Shown: positions 37,027 to 45,435, counted from the first letter of the stretch. The stretch: 64,000 bases of DNA from an uncultured Candidatus Saccharibacteria bacterium (GCA_964594155.1 CAZQLH010000001.1:1448-65447), one strand, 5' to 3'. The notes: generated by a model from the sequence alone, not told the origin. Numbers and translations are program-made.

Positions 37027-37630
37027 GACCACTTATTATCTTTTTCATTGGAGTAGAAAGGTGATAGAATTAGCAAAAAGAAAAGGAATTCAGGTTTTAG
37101 ATTTACAAAAAGAAAGGGCTAATAGAAAAGAGCTGACCAGTATTATAAAAAAGAAACAACCCTTTTTTATTTTTCTGAATGGCCATGGCGGGGCTAATTT
37201 TGTTGCCGGAGACGAGGATGAAGTTTTGATAAAAGCCGGCGATAATGAGGGGTTATTGAAATCTAAATTAGTTTATGCTTTATCTTGCCAATCAGCAAAA
37301 GGATTAGGACCAAAAAGCGTTAAAAAAGGAGCTATTAGTTATATTGGTTATGATGATGATTTTGTCTTCGTTTTTGACCAGGCAAAAATTTATAGACCAT
37401 TAGAAGATCTCACAGCAAAATTATTTTTTGATCCCTCAAATCAAATAGTCATTAGTTTATTAAAAGGACATGAAACCGGGGATGCCTATAAAAGATCTCA
37501 AGGGGTGTTTATGAAAAATATCCAGAGCTTATTGACTAGCGAATCATCGGTTGATTCAGTTTATCTTAGATATTTATTGTGGGATATGCAGCATCAAGTT
37601 TGTTTAGGGGATAAAGAGGCTGTTTTCTAA
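36986..37630 (+). CDS. hypothetical protein with caspase-like His..Cys arrangement
   Basis: FLNGHGG followed ~35 aa later by YALSCQSAKG, the His-then-Cys order of clan CD peptidases. Inference only. Confidence 0.45.
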   Translation: MNKIFLITRPKHDETTYYLFHWSRKVIELAKRKGIQVLDLQKERANRKELTSIIKKKQPFFIFLNGHGGANFVAGDEDEVLIKAGDNEGLLKSKLVYALSCQSAKGLGPKSVKKGAISYIGYDDDFVFVFDQAKIYRPLEDLTAKLFFDPSNQIVISLLKGHETGDAYKRSQGVFMKNIQSLLTSESSVDSVYLRYLLWDMQHQVCLGDKEAVF

Positions 37631-37654
37631 TAAAAAAAGTATAGATAAAGCTTC

Positions 37655-37680
37655 AAAATCGTCTTTTTAAGACGGTTTTT
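37655..37680 (+). terminator. intrinsic terminator
   Basis: aaaatcgtc-tttttaa-gacggttttt. Confidence 0.6.
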
Positions 37681-37684
37681 AAAA

Positions 37685-37713
37685 TTGACCAAACACAAGC
37701 AAAAAGGTATTAT
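37685..37713 (+). promoter_or_regulatory. promoter TTGACC-17-TATTAT after terminator
   Basis: Same junction module as at 34641. Contains the 19-mer cacaagcaaaaaggtatta, also found at 35044..35062. Confidence 0.45.
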
Positions 37714-37747
37714 TAAAGTAGAAACTTATGAAATAAGGAGGATTTAA

Positions 37748-38431
37748 ATGAATAAAAAGTTAAAAATTAAAGATTTGCCGCCAATTGATCGCCCAAGAGA
37801 GAAAATGAAAGCTAAAGGCCCGCAAAACCTCAAAGACGCAGAGCTTTTAGCTATTCTTTTAGGAACTGGCTATCAAGGCAAGAATGTTCTTGAATTAGCT
37901 AAATCTATTTTATCTAAATATAGGGGCAAAAAACTGATTTCTTTGAATTACGATGAATTAGTGAAAATAAAGGGGATTAGCCAGGCTAAAGCAGCTATAA
38001 TCCTATCAGCCGTAGAATTAACTAAAAGAGCTTTAAAACATAAAGATGATGATACTTTGCCAATAATCAAGTCAGTTAAAGATGTTGTTGCTCAATCTGT
38101 CTATATGAGGGATAAAAAGAGAGAACATTTCCAAGTCATATACCTTAACGCTAGAAATGAGATGATTGATAAAAAACCAATGTTTGTCGGCACTCTTAAT
38201 GTTAATTTAGTTCATCCAAGAGAAATCTTTGCCAGAGCTGTAGAAAACAATTCTGCATCCATTATTTTAGTTCATAATCATTTATCTAGCGACCCAGAGC
38301 CATCACAGGATGATATTGAAGTTACCAAGCGCATTGTTGAAGCTGGCAAGATAATGGGGATTGAGGTCTTAGATCATGTAATTATAGCTAAAAACAAGTT
38401 TTTCAGCTTTTCGGAGAAAAAATTACTCTAA
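37748..38431 (+). CDS. radC: RadC-like JAB/MPN-domain protein (UPF0758)
   Basis: JAMM-like HNHLSSDPEPSQDD; N-terminal HhH region. Confidence 0.8.
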   Translation: MNKKLKIKDLPPIDRPREKMKAKGPQNLKDAELLAILLGTGYQGKNVLELAKSILSKYRGKKLISLNYDELVKIKGISQAKAAIILSAVELTKRALKHKDDDTLPIIKSVKDVVAQSVYMRDKKREHFQVIYLNARNEMIDKKPMFVGTLNVNLVHPREIFARAVENNSASIILVHNHLSSDPEPSQDDIEVTKRIVEAGKIMGIEVLDHVIIAKNKFFSFSEKKLL

Positions 38432-38568
38432 TTTTTTCGTAGATCCGCCTCTGGAGGAAAAGAAAAGAAATTGATTTAATTTGTAATGTATTTGCGTGAA
38501 TTTGTGTCACTTTTACTAAAAATTCACGGTATATTGACATTTTATCGTGAATTTACTACAATAGTAGT

Positions 38569-39471
38569 ATGACTATATCAAAAGACATTAAAGAAAAAAT
38601 TAATACATTAAAACAAGAATATGATTCTTTAAAGAAAGACAAAGAATCGCTTTTGGATATTGTGTTTGAATCAGAGTTGCCAGAATCTGTCTATAACTCA
38701 AACGCTATTGAAAATTCAACTCTTACTATTTCTGAAACAGAAAAGATTCTTTTAGATATGGAAGTTTCCCGCAATGTATCAGTGCGTGAAGTTTTTGAAG
38801 CAAAAAATTTGGCGCGAGTATTTGAATATATAAGAGGCAAGATAAGCGCGAAAAATGTTGATAAGGAATTTATCTTGCTATTGCATAAGATGTTAATTTC
38901 AAATATAGACGAGGGAATTGCCGGCAGATTTCGGAAACAACATGAATATGTCAGAGTTGGGACGCATATTGCGCCTGCTTCAAAGCATATCAATAATATG
39001 ATTAATGCCATGCTTTTAGAATATTCAAGCCGCCACACAGAATACTTTCTTGAAAAAATTGCCAAATTCCATCTTGAATTTGAACACATTCATCCATTTT
39101 GCGATGGTAATGGAAGAATTGGGCGCGTGTTGATCAACTATCAATTAATACAGCTTGGATTTCCGCCAATTATTATTCGTGATAAGGAAAAAGCCGTTTA
39201 TTACAAATCCTTTGGAGAGTATAGAGATAGTAATAAGAAAAAAACAGCAATTATGAATAAAGTTTTGTTTTTAGCGCTTTTAGAATCTTTTCATAAAAGA
39301 ATCGCTTATTTAAAAGGAGAGAAAATTGTACGACTTTCAGAATACGCTGAAAAGAAAAATGAATCTGCGTCTATTTTTCTCAATAAAGCCAAGCGGCAAA
39401 CCATTCCCGCTTTCCGTGAAAAAGGAATATGGAAAATCGGAAATACTAAAAAAGACAAGAACAGTTCTTAA
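38569..39471 (+). CDS. Fic-family protein (class II, N-terminal autoinhibitory motif)
   Basis: Fic motif HPFCDGNGRIGR. N-terminal SNAIEN matches the [ST]xxxE[GN] inhibitory motif. Confidence 0.85.
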   Translation: MTISKDIKEKINTLKQEYDSLKKDKESLLDIVFESELPESVYNSNAIENSTLTISETEKILLDMEVSRNVSVREVFEAKNLARVFEYIRGKISAKNVDKEFILLLHKMLISNIDEGIAGRFRKQHEYVRVGTHIAPASKHINNMINAMLLEYSSRHTEYFLEKIAKFHLEFEHIHPFCDGNGRIGRVLINYQLIQLGFPPIIIRDKEKAVYYKSFGEYRDSNKKKTAIMNKVLFLALLESFHKRIAYLKGEKIVRLSEYAEKKNESASIFLNKAKRQTIPAFREKGIWKIGNTKKDKNSS

Positions 39472-39485
39472 AAGGACGTCTTAAG

Positions 39486-39553
39486 AGGCCGTGCGTTGAG
39501 AGCTACATCCCTTGCGCTAGTAGGCGAAAGGGTGTACTCGTCAAGGCACGGCC
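39486..39553 (+). other. structured element: 8-bp GC stem (ggccgtgc/gcacggcc) enclosing ~50 nt with inner hairpin
   Basis: Read directly. Lies between the fic stop and the next start; no U-run. Confidence 0.35.
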
Positions 39554-39617
39554 TATGACTCTTAGTTTAAAACCAACCAAACTTCAAACACAGATTAAAA
39601 GGGGATATAATAAGAGC

Positions 39618-39926
39618 ATGATAAAAAACCAAAACAAAATTCACGGATCTATAAATAGCTCTGGCAAAAAAAGCGGTAAATTGCGATACAATAGACTGAG
39701 AATATTAAAAAAACATAAAGGTAAGTTTAAAAAGATTGACAAGATAACTGTTAAGTATCGTGGGGATTCTTTTATAGCACAAATAAACAACAGATTGTTT
39801 AGTGTTTATGGAGAGATTGACGATGATAAAATAGAAGAATGGTTTGGAAATAAATATATAAAAATTAATATTGATATAACTCATTTGTATAATTTAAATA
39901 ATATAGAATTAAAGGAAAAGAAATAA
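39618..39926 (+). CDS. hypothetical protein (102 aa)
   Basis: AAAAGGGGA RBS then ATG 39618. The stop sits at the point where homology to the second YbjQ copy begins. Confidence 0.45.
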   Translation: MIKNQNKIHGSINSSGKKSGKLRYNRLRILKKHKGKFKKIDKITVKYRGDSFIAQINNRLFSVYGEIDDDKIEEWFGNKYIKINIDITHLYNLNNIELKEKK

Positions 39927-39934
39927 AACAAACT

Positions 39935-40201
39935 TTGGGTTTGGTTAGAGGAAATACTATTAGAGCCAAGCATATTGGCAAGGATATTTTAGCTGGCTTA
40001 AGAAGCATTGTTGGCGGAGAGATTAAGGAATACACAGAAGCGTTGTCTAAAGCAAGAGAAGTGGCAATTAAAAGAATGATTGAGCAGGCAAATGAATTAG
40101 GAGCAGATGCGATTATTGGCGTTAGATTTACTACTTCTCAAGTTATGGCTGGCGCAGCTGAATTATTAGTTTATGGAACAGCCGTAAAACTAACTGAATA
40201 A
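39935..40201 (+). CDS. YbjQ/UPF0145-family protein, 5'-truncated duplicate copy (TTG start or pseudogene)
   Basis: 100% nucleotide identity with 42103..42369. Lacks the N-terminal 17 codons and the ATG of the full copy. Confidence 0.5.
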   Translation: MGLVRGNTIRAKHIGKDILAGLRSIVGGEIKEYTEALSKAREVAIKRMIEQANELGADAIIGVRFTTSQVMAGAAELLVYGTAVKLTE

Positions 40202-40292
40202 GGCGGTTTTTATTAAAATAAATAAAGGATTTGGAGGGGTGAGGAGTTCTTAGAAAGAAAAAATCGCCAAGTCGGCGGTTTTTTGATATAAT

Positions 40293-40610
40293 ATGAATAT
40301 GGATAAGGAACAACTATTTTTGAATAAATTACAGAGATGGATGGGCAGGCCTATTTATTATAATAAATATTTTTATTTGGATAAATGGAGTTTTGTTCAT
40401 TTTGTTTTTGGGTTAATCTTGGGATTTATTTTTTCCCGTTATTTTCCTGTTAACTACGCTTGGTTGATTGTCTTGAGTATATTAATAGTTTATGAGCTTT
40501 TTGAAACGGCGATTTCTGGATATCTTTACAGAAAGGAATTGATACTTAATAAAGTTTGGGACATATTGATTGGCATGGCTGGTTTTTTGATTATTTGGCT
40601 CTGGTTTTAA
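40293..40610 (+). CDS. small 3-TM membrane protein (cassette copy 1)
   Basis: ~85% aa identity to the product of 42428..42739. A TATAAT sits immediately upstream of the ATG. Confidence 0.55.
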   Translation: MNMDKEQLFLNKLQRWMGRPIYYNKYFYLDKWSFVHFVFGLILGFIFSRYFPVNYAWLIVLSILIVYELFETAISGYLYRKELILNKVWDILIGMAGFLIIWLWF

Positions 40611-40632
40611 AATATAATCTAAAAATCTAAAT

Positions 40633-41268
40633 ATGAGGAATTTTTCAAGGATTGGTAAAATCTTAATAATTTCTGTTTTGGTTGTTGCTGGCGTATTTGT
40701 TTTTGTTCGTTTTAAAGATAACAATGAATATATTGTTAAAGTAATTAAGGTTATTGACGGAGATACAATTGTTATTGAAGGAGGGGAAATAGTAAGATAT
40801 ATTGGAATTAATGCGCCGGAAACAAGCCAGGATAAGGATGATTGCTTTGCCCAGGAAGCATTTAACGCAAATAAGGAATTAATTGAAGGAAAAGAGGTTA
40901 AATTAAAAAAAGATGTTTCAGAAAAGGATAAATATGGAAGATTGTTAAGATATGTCTGGATTGACGATATTTTTGTTAATGAATATTTAGTTAGGCAGGG
41001 ATATGCTTTATCAGCTGAATATCCTCCTGATACAAAGTATGCAGAGCAGTTTGATAATTTAGAAAAACAAGCTAAAGAAGAAAATTTAGGATTATGGTCT
41101 GCGTGCCAAATTAACGGAATTATCTGTTCTATAAATGCGTATGATTGCTCTGATTTTGAAACACAAAAGGAAGCCCAGGGGATTTATGAGCATTGCGGAG
41201 GCGCAAATAATGATATTCATAAGTTAGATAGTGATAATGATAAAATAGCTTGCGAGAGTTTGTTTTAA
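40633..41268 (+). CDS. secreted thermonuclease (SNase/micrococcal nuclease-like) with C-terminal Excalibur Ca-binding domain
   Basis: N-terminal signal anchor; SNase core (GRLLRYVW..); C-terminal DSDNDKIACE Excalibur motif. Confidence 0.75.
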   Translation: MRNFSRIGKILIISVLVVAGVFVFVRFKDNNEYIVKVIKVIDGDTIVIEGGEIVRYIGINAPETSQDKDDCFAQEAFNANKELIEGKEVKLKKDVSEKDKYGRLLRYVWIDDIFVNEYLVRQGYALSAEYPPDTKYAEQFDNLEKQAKEENLGLWSACQINGIICSINAYDCSDFETQKEAQGIYEHCGGANNDIHKLDSDNDKIACESLF

Positions 41269-41295
41269 AAAATTTAATTAAAAAAGGATAAATTT

Positions 41296-41838
41296 ATGTC
41301 AAAAGAAAACAAACAAGAAGAAAAAGAAATATTAAATCTTTTAGAGGATTATTCCAAAGCATTATCGCTTTTAGAAAAGTATGATAAGGGCAAGTTAAAA
41401 ATTGAAAAAGGAATAAAAGATAAGTTTGTTTTAGAATACAAGAATTCTCAGAATGTTATTTCTGAATTAAAAAAGAATTTAATTGCTAAAAAAGAAGCTA
41501 AAGATGTTTTTGGCAATGAAGCTGGAAGAAGATTTGAAGGCGTAGTTAAAAATATTTACCAAACATTTGACCAGAAAGAGCTATATGAATCAGTTGGAAA
41601 TAAGGCGGCTAATCTTTTGTATTTAACTATAAAGGATCATTATTTTACTGATGGCAATAAACGCATTGGTTCTTTCTTGTTTGTCTATTTTTTAGATAAA
41701 AATGATTATTTGTATCGTGAAAATGGAGAAAAAAGAATAAGCAATAATACTTTAGCTGTTTTAGCCTTGCTTATTGCTGAAAGCAATCCAGAAGAAAAAG
41801 ATCAGATGATAGCGCTTGTTACTCAATTATTGAAATAA
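41296..41838 (+). CDS. Doc-like Fic-family protein (death-on-curing type)
   Basis: HYFTDGNKRIGS matches the Doc/Fic HxFx[DN]GNKR motif. 180 aa with an N-terminal extension. Confidence 0.7.
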   Translation: MSKENKQEEKEILNLLEDYSKALSLLEKYDKGKLKIEKGIKDKFVLEYKNSQNVISELKKNLIAKKEAKDVFGNEAGRRFEGVVKNIYQTFDQKELYESVGNKAANLLYLTIKDHYFTDGNKRIGSFLFVYFLDKNDYLYRENGEKRISNNTLAVLALLIAESNPEEKDQMIALVTQLLK

Positions 41839-41857
41839 AGTATGATATAATAAAAAA

Positions 41858-42055
41858 ATGAAGCCATTGAATATTTTAGGATTAATATTTTTTGCTGTTG
41901 GGGCTTTTGCCCTAATGGGATTTGGTTTTTATGAATTTTTTAGAGATTCAACTATTCCTGCTGTAGTCAGGTGGGGAATTATCGCTATAATATCAGGAAC
42001 AATTATTATTTTAATTTCTCTTATTAAAGAGAGATTAAAGGAAAAAGATTTATGA
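41858..42055 (+). CDS. small 2-TM membrane protein
   Basis: 65 aa, hydrophobic. Confidence 0.4.
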   Translation: MKPLNILGLIFFAVGAFALMGFGFYEFFRDSTIPAVVRWGIIAIISGTIIILISLIKERLKEKDL

Positions 42056-42369
42056 TTCTTACAACTTCATATAGAATCAAAGGAAAAAAAATAGAACAAA
42101 CTTTGGGTTTGGTTAGAGGAAATACTATTAGAGCCAAGCATATTGGCAAGGATATTTTAGCTGGCTTAAGAAGCATTGTTGGCGGAGAGATTAAGGAATA
42201 CACAGAAGCGTTGTCTAAAGCAAGAGAAGTGGCAATTAAAAGAATGATTGAGCAGGCAAATGAATTAGGAGCAGATGCGATTATTGGCGTTAGATTTACT
42301 ACTTCTCAAGTTATGGCTGGCGCAGCTGAATTATTAGTTTATGGAACAGCCGTAAAACTAACTGAATAA
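42052..42369 (+). CDS. YbjQ/UPF0145-family protein (full-length copy)
   Basis: Alignable to the YbjQ family (..GNTIRAKHIGKDILAGLRSIVGGEI..AREVA..ELGADAIIGVRF..GTAVK). Confidence 0.7.
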   Translation: MILTTSYRIKGKKIEQTLGLVRGNTIRAKHIGKDILAGLRSIVGGEIKEYTEALSKAREVAIKRMIEQANELGADAIIGVRFTTSQVMAGAAELLVYGTAVKLTE

Positions 42370-42427
42370 GGATTTTAAAGAAAACAAAAAAATCGCCAAA
42401 GAGGTGGTTTTTTGGTATAATAAAGAT

Positions 42428-42739
42428 ATGCATAAAGAACTAATGTTTTTCAATAAATTACAGAGATGGATGGGCAGGCCTATTTATAATAAGAAATATT
42501 TTTATTTAGATAAATGGAGTTTTGTTCATTTTGTTTTTGGGTTAATCTTTGGATTTATTTTTTCCCGCTATTTTCCTATTGATTATGCCTGGTTGATTGT
42601 ACTGGGTATATTAATAGTTTATGAATTTTTTGAAGTGGCAATTTCTAAATATCTTTATGGAAAAGAATTAATACTTAATAAAATTTGGGATATATTAATT
42701 GGCATGGCTGGTTTCTTGATTATTTGGTTTTGGTTTTAA
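42428..42739 (+). CDS. small 3-TM membrane protein (cassette copy 2)
   Basis: Paralogue of 40293..40610. A TATAAT sits immediately upstream. Confidence 0.55.
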   Translation: MHKELMFFNKLQRWMGRPIYNKKYFYLDKWSFVHFVFGLIFGFIFSRYFPIDYAWLIVLGILIVYEFFEVAISKYLYGKELILNKIWDILIGMAGFLIIWFWF

Positions 42740-42797
42740 AATATAATCTAAATATACATCATTAAATTATTAGATAAACTTTTTTCAAATGTAATTT

Positions 42798-42995
42798 ATG
42801 GAGTGTCAACAAGAAAAAAATCTAAAAGATTGTCCATGTACTTATTCTGATTGTGATAAAAAGGGAATTTGCTGTGAATGCATTAAGTATCATTGGCAGC
42901 GCAATGAATTGCCAGCTTGTTTCTTTTCTAAGGAAGCAGAAAAGACCTATGACAGGTCAATTAAGAAGTTTATTGAAGATCAGGAAAATAGATAA
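42798..42995 (+). CDS. small Cys-rich protein (65 aa, 9 Cys)
   Basis: [22 protein letters not shown]. The last gene before the right island repeat. Confidence 0.45.
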   Translation: MECQQEKNLKDCPCTYSDCDKKGICCECIKYHWQRNELPACFFSKEAEKTYDRSIKKFIEDQENR

Positions 42996-43026
42996 GAGAT
43001 TTGAAAGAAAAGCTCTTAATAACCTA

Positions 43027-43084
43027 AGGACAGTCCTTAAAATGACGTCCTTGTTCCAAGAACATCATTTTGAAAGACTGTCCT
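43027..43084 (+). repeat. island-boundary structured repeat, right copy
   Basis: aggacagtcc..agactgtcct. See the left copy at 33943..34000. Confidence 0.75.
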
Positions 43085-43150
43085 TTAGAATAAAAAAGAG
43101 GTTAATTGTTTTACAATTAGCCTCTTTATTTTGTGTTTGCGAGATGAGAT

Positions 43151-43492
43151 TTAATCAGTACTGAATGGAATGGAGAAATTCCGGAGTTGCGTCCACGGCT
43201 TGTTTTCCTTGATTTGCCCTTTTTCTGCCTCTTGAGAAGCTTCTTCTAAAATTTCTTCTAAGGCAGATCCGATAAATTGGGCAATATGGCGGCAAGGAAG
43301 CTTTTTTTCAAGAACGTTGTTTTCTGTGATTTGCACTGGAATAACCTGCCCGTTGATTTTTTGGTTGCAGACCATTTCAGCTTTTATCCGGATATGGTAT
43401 CTTGCGTCTCTAAAAGTCACGAATCCGTGAAAGCTATCATAGCTTTCATTGTTTTTTCCAGTAAATTTATGCCATTTTCTTATTTCTGCCAT
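43151..43492 (-). CDS. hypothetical protein (113 aa)
   Basis: ORF with upstream GGAGG. Confidence 0.5.
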   Translation of the reverse strand: MAEIRKWHKFTGKNNESYDSFHGFVTFRDARYHIRIKAEMVCNQKINGQVIPVQITENNVLEKKLPCRHIAQFIGSALEEILEEASQEAEKGQIKENKPWTQLRNFSIPFSTD

Positions 43493-43654
43493 TTTTTAAC
43501 CTCCTTATTTTAATATTTGATTGTTAATATTTTAATTATACCATACCATAGTATAATTTGTCAATTATTAATGGTAATGCGCATATACATTTAAAAGTTT
43601 TTTTGATATAATTAAATAAAGGTCGCAGGAATAAAATAAATAAAATATAAAAAT

Positions 43655-44482
43655 ATGGATAAGATTATTGAAATAAATGAGAAAATAAATAAGAAAATAA
43701 ATAAGATGAGAAGCGGCAAGGTTTTTTCTCGGATAGTTATTGGATTAATTGTCTTGATACTTGTCTTGGGCGCTTTTGGAACTGTTGGAGCAGGCGAGCG
43801 AGGAGTATTGCTTCAGTTCGGAGCAGTTAAGAATAAAGTTTTTGATGAGGGTCTTTATATCAAAATACCTTTTATTCAGCAAGTCGTTATAATGGATGTA
43901 AAAATCCAAAAAGATGAAGTGCCAGCCACAGCTTCTTCCAAGGATTTGCAGATAGTTACTTCAAGAATTGCTTTGAATTATCATTTACTGCCAGAATCAG
44001 TTAATAAGATTTGGCAGGAAGTAGGCAAGAACTATAATACTAGAATTATTGCTCCAGCTATTCAGGAGTCAGTTAAGGCGGAAACAGCCAAGTTCACGGC
44101 TGAAGAATTGATTACTAAAAGAGAAACAGTAAAGGATCAAATTAAAACAAATCTGGCAAAAAGATTACTGGAAAATTTTATCATAGTTGATGAATTCAAT
44201 ATTATTGACTTTGATTTTTCAGCTGCTTTTAATGAAGCTATTGAAGCTAAAGTTAAAGCAGAACAGTTAAAGCTTAAAGCAGATAGGGATTTAGAAAGGA
44301 TTAAAATTGAAGCAGAGCAGAGAGTAGCTGACGCGCAGGGAAAAGCAAAGGCAATCCAGATAGAAGCGCAGGCATTGCGCGCTAATGCTCAAGTGGTTGA
44401 ATTGCGCTGGATAGAAAAATGGGATGGCAAGGTTCCAACTTATTGGGGACAAGCCAGTCCTTTTATTGGGATTAATAGATAA
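43655..44482 (+). CDS. SPFH/band-7 (prohibitin-like) membrane protein
   Basis: N-terminal TM, SPFH core and an Ala/Glu-rich coiled-coil C-terminus. Confidence 0.8.
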   Translation: MDKIIEINEKINKKINKMRSGKVFSRIVIGLIVLILVLGAFGTVGAGERGVLLQFGAVKNKVFDEGLYIKIPFIQQVVIMDVKIQKDEVPATASSKDLQIVTSRIALNYHLLPESVNKIWQEVGKNYNTRIIAPAIQESVKAETAKFTAEELITKRETVKDQIKTNLAKRLLENFIIVDEFNIIDFDFSAAFNEAIEAKVKAEQLKLKADRDLERIKIEAEQRVADAQGKAKAIQIEAQALRANAQVVELRWIEKWDGKVPTYWGQASPFIGINR

Positions 44483-44487
44483 AAAAC

Positions 44488-44814
44488 ATGAGGCCAGAAA
44501 AATGGGAAAACTTAATAGGAGATATTAAGGATAAGTTTGAAGTTGAAGAACATGATAAAGAACATCTTGATGAACAAGGCGGCACAGATATTGAATATAT
44601 TATCTTTAAAGGCCCTTTGGGTCGGATGAAATTGGAGTTTATTACCAAACCAGTTATTTTAGATAAAAAGACCAGTTATTCTAGGCGAATTGGCTCTCAA
44701 GTAGATATTGAATATATTTACAGCGAGGATGAGAAAACCCATAGATTAACAGCTTATAAATGGGATACAGCGCAGAATGAATGGATTGAGATTAATGCTG
44801 ATAGTTTTGAATAA
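44488..44814 (+). CDS. hypothetical protein (108 aa)
   Basis: ORF downstream of the SPFH gene. Confidence 0.45.
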   Translation: MRPEKWENLIGDIKDKFEVEEHDKEHLDEQGGTDIEYIIFKGPLGRMKLEFITKPVILDKKTSYSRRIGSQVDIEYIYSEDEKTHRLTAYKWDTAQNEWIEINADSFE

Positions 44815-44833
44815 TTATAGAAAGAATAATTTT

Positions 44834-45406
44834 ATGAAAATTAAAACAGCTGAATTTGTTAAGGGGATTATTGGGACTAATAAGATTTTAGAGGATCAAA
44901 AACCGCAGATTGCCTTTATAGGCAGGTCTAATGTTGGCAAGTCAAGCGTGATTAATTCATTAGTTGATAGAAAAAACTTGGTTAAATCCGGATCCAGACC
45001 TGGTAAAACCCAGCAGATTAATTTTTTTTTGATTAATAAAAAAATATATTTTGTTGATTTGCCTGGCTATGGTTTTATTAAGGTCTCTCTAAAGCAAAAG
45101 GAAAAAATCAGAAGGATGATTCTTTGGTATTTATTTCGCTCAGGAGTAGAATTTAAAAAAGTGGTTTTAATTATTGACGCTAAAATTGGATTAAGCGAGT
45201 TTGATAAAGAAATGCTGAATTTATTGAATAAAAATGATTTTCCAGTTGTTATTGCGGCTAATAAAATAGATAAATTAAAAAAGAATGAAATAATTAAGCA
45301 AATAAAGGCAATTCAGGATATAGTTGGAGATAATAAAGTTATTCCTTATTCAGCTAAAACCCAAAAAGGCCAAAAAGAGCTTTTAAATGAAATATTTGAG
45401 TTATAA
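44834..45406 (+). CDS. engB: ribosome-biogenesis GTPase EngB/YihA
   Basis: G1 GRSNVGKSS, G3 DLPGYG, G4 NKID. Confidence 0.85.
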   Translation: MKIKTAEFVKGIIGTNKILEDQKPQIAFIGRSNVGKSSVINSLVDRKNLVKSGSRPGKTQQINFFLINKKIYFVDLPGYGFIKVSLKQKEKIRRMILWYLFRSGVEFKKVVLIIDAKIGLSEFDKEMLNLLNKNDFPVVIAANKIDKLKKNEIIKQIKAIQDIVGDNKVIPYSAKTQKGQKELLNEIFEL

Positions 45407-45435
45407 AAAGGATTGGCCTGTTGCGGTCAATCCTT

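Noticed and set aside
39486-39553. Possible tRNA
   Set aside because: It has a 7/8-bp acceptor-like stem but no D-arm GG, no T-loop TTCRA and no plausible anticodon arm.
42853-43164. 103-aa + ORF overlapping the Cys-rich gene and the right island repeat
   Set aside because: Spans the structured repeat and a convergent gene end; no RBS. An artefact of the repeat sequence being open.
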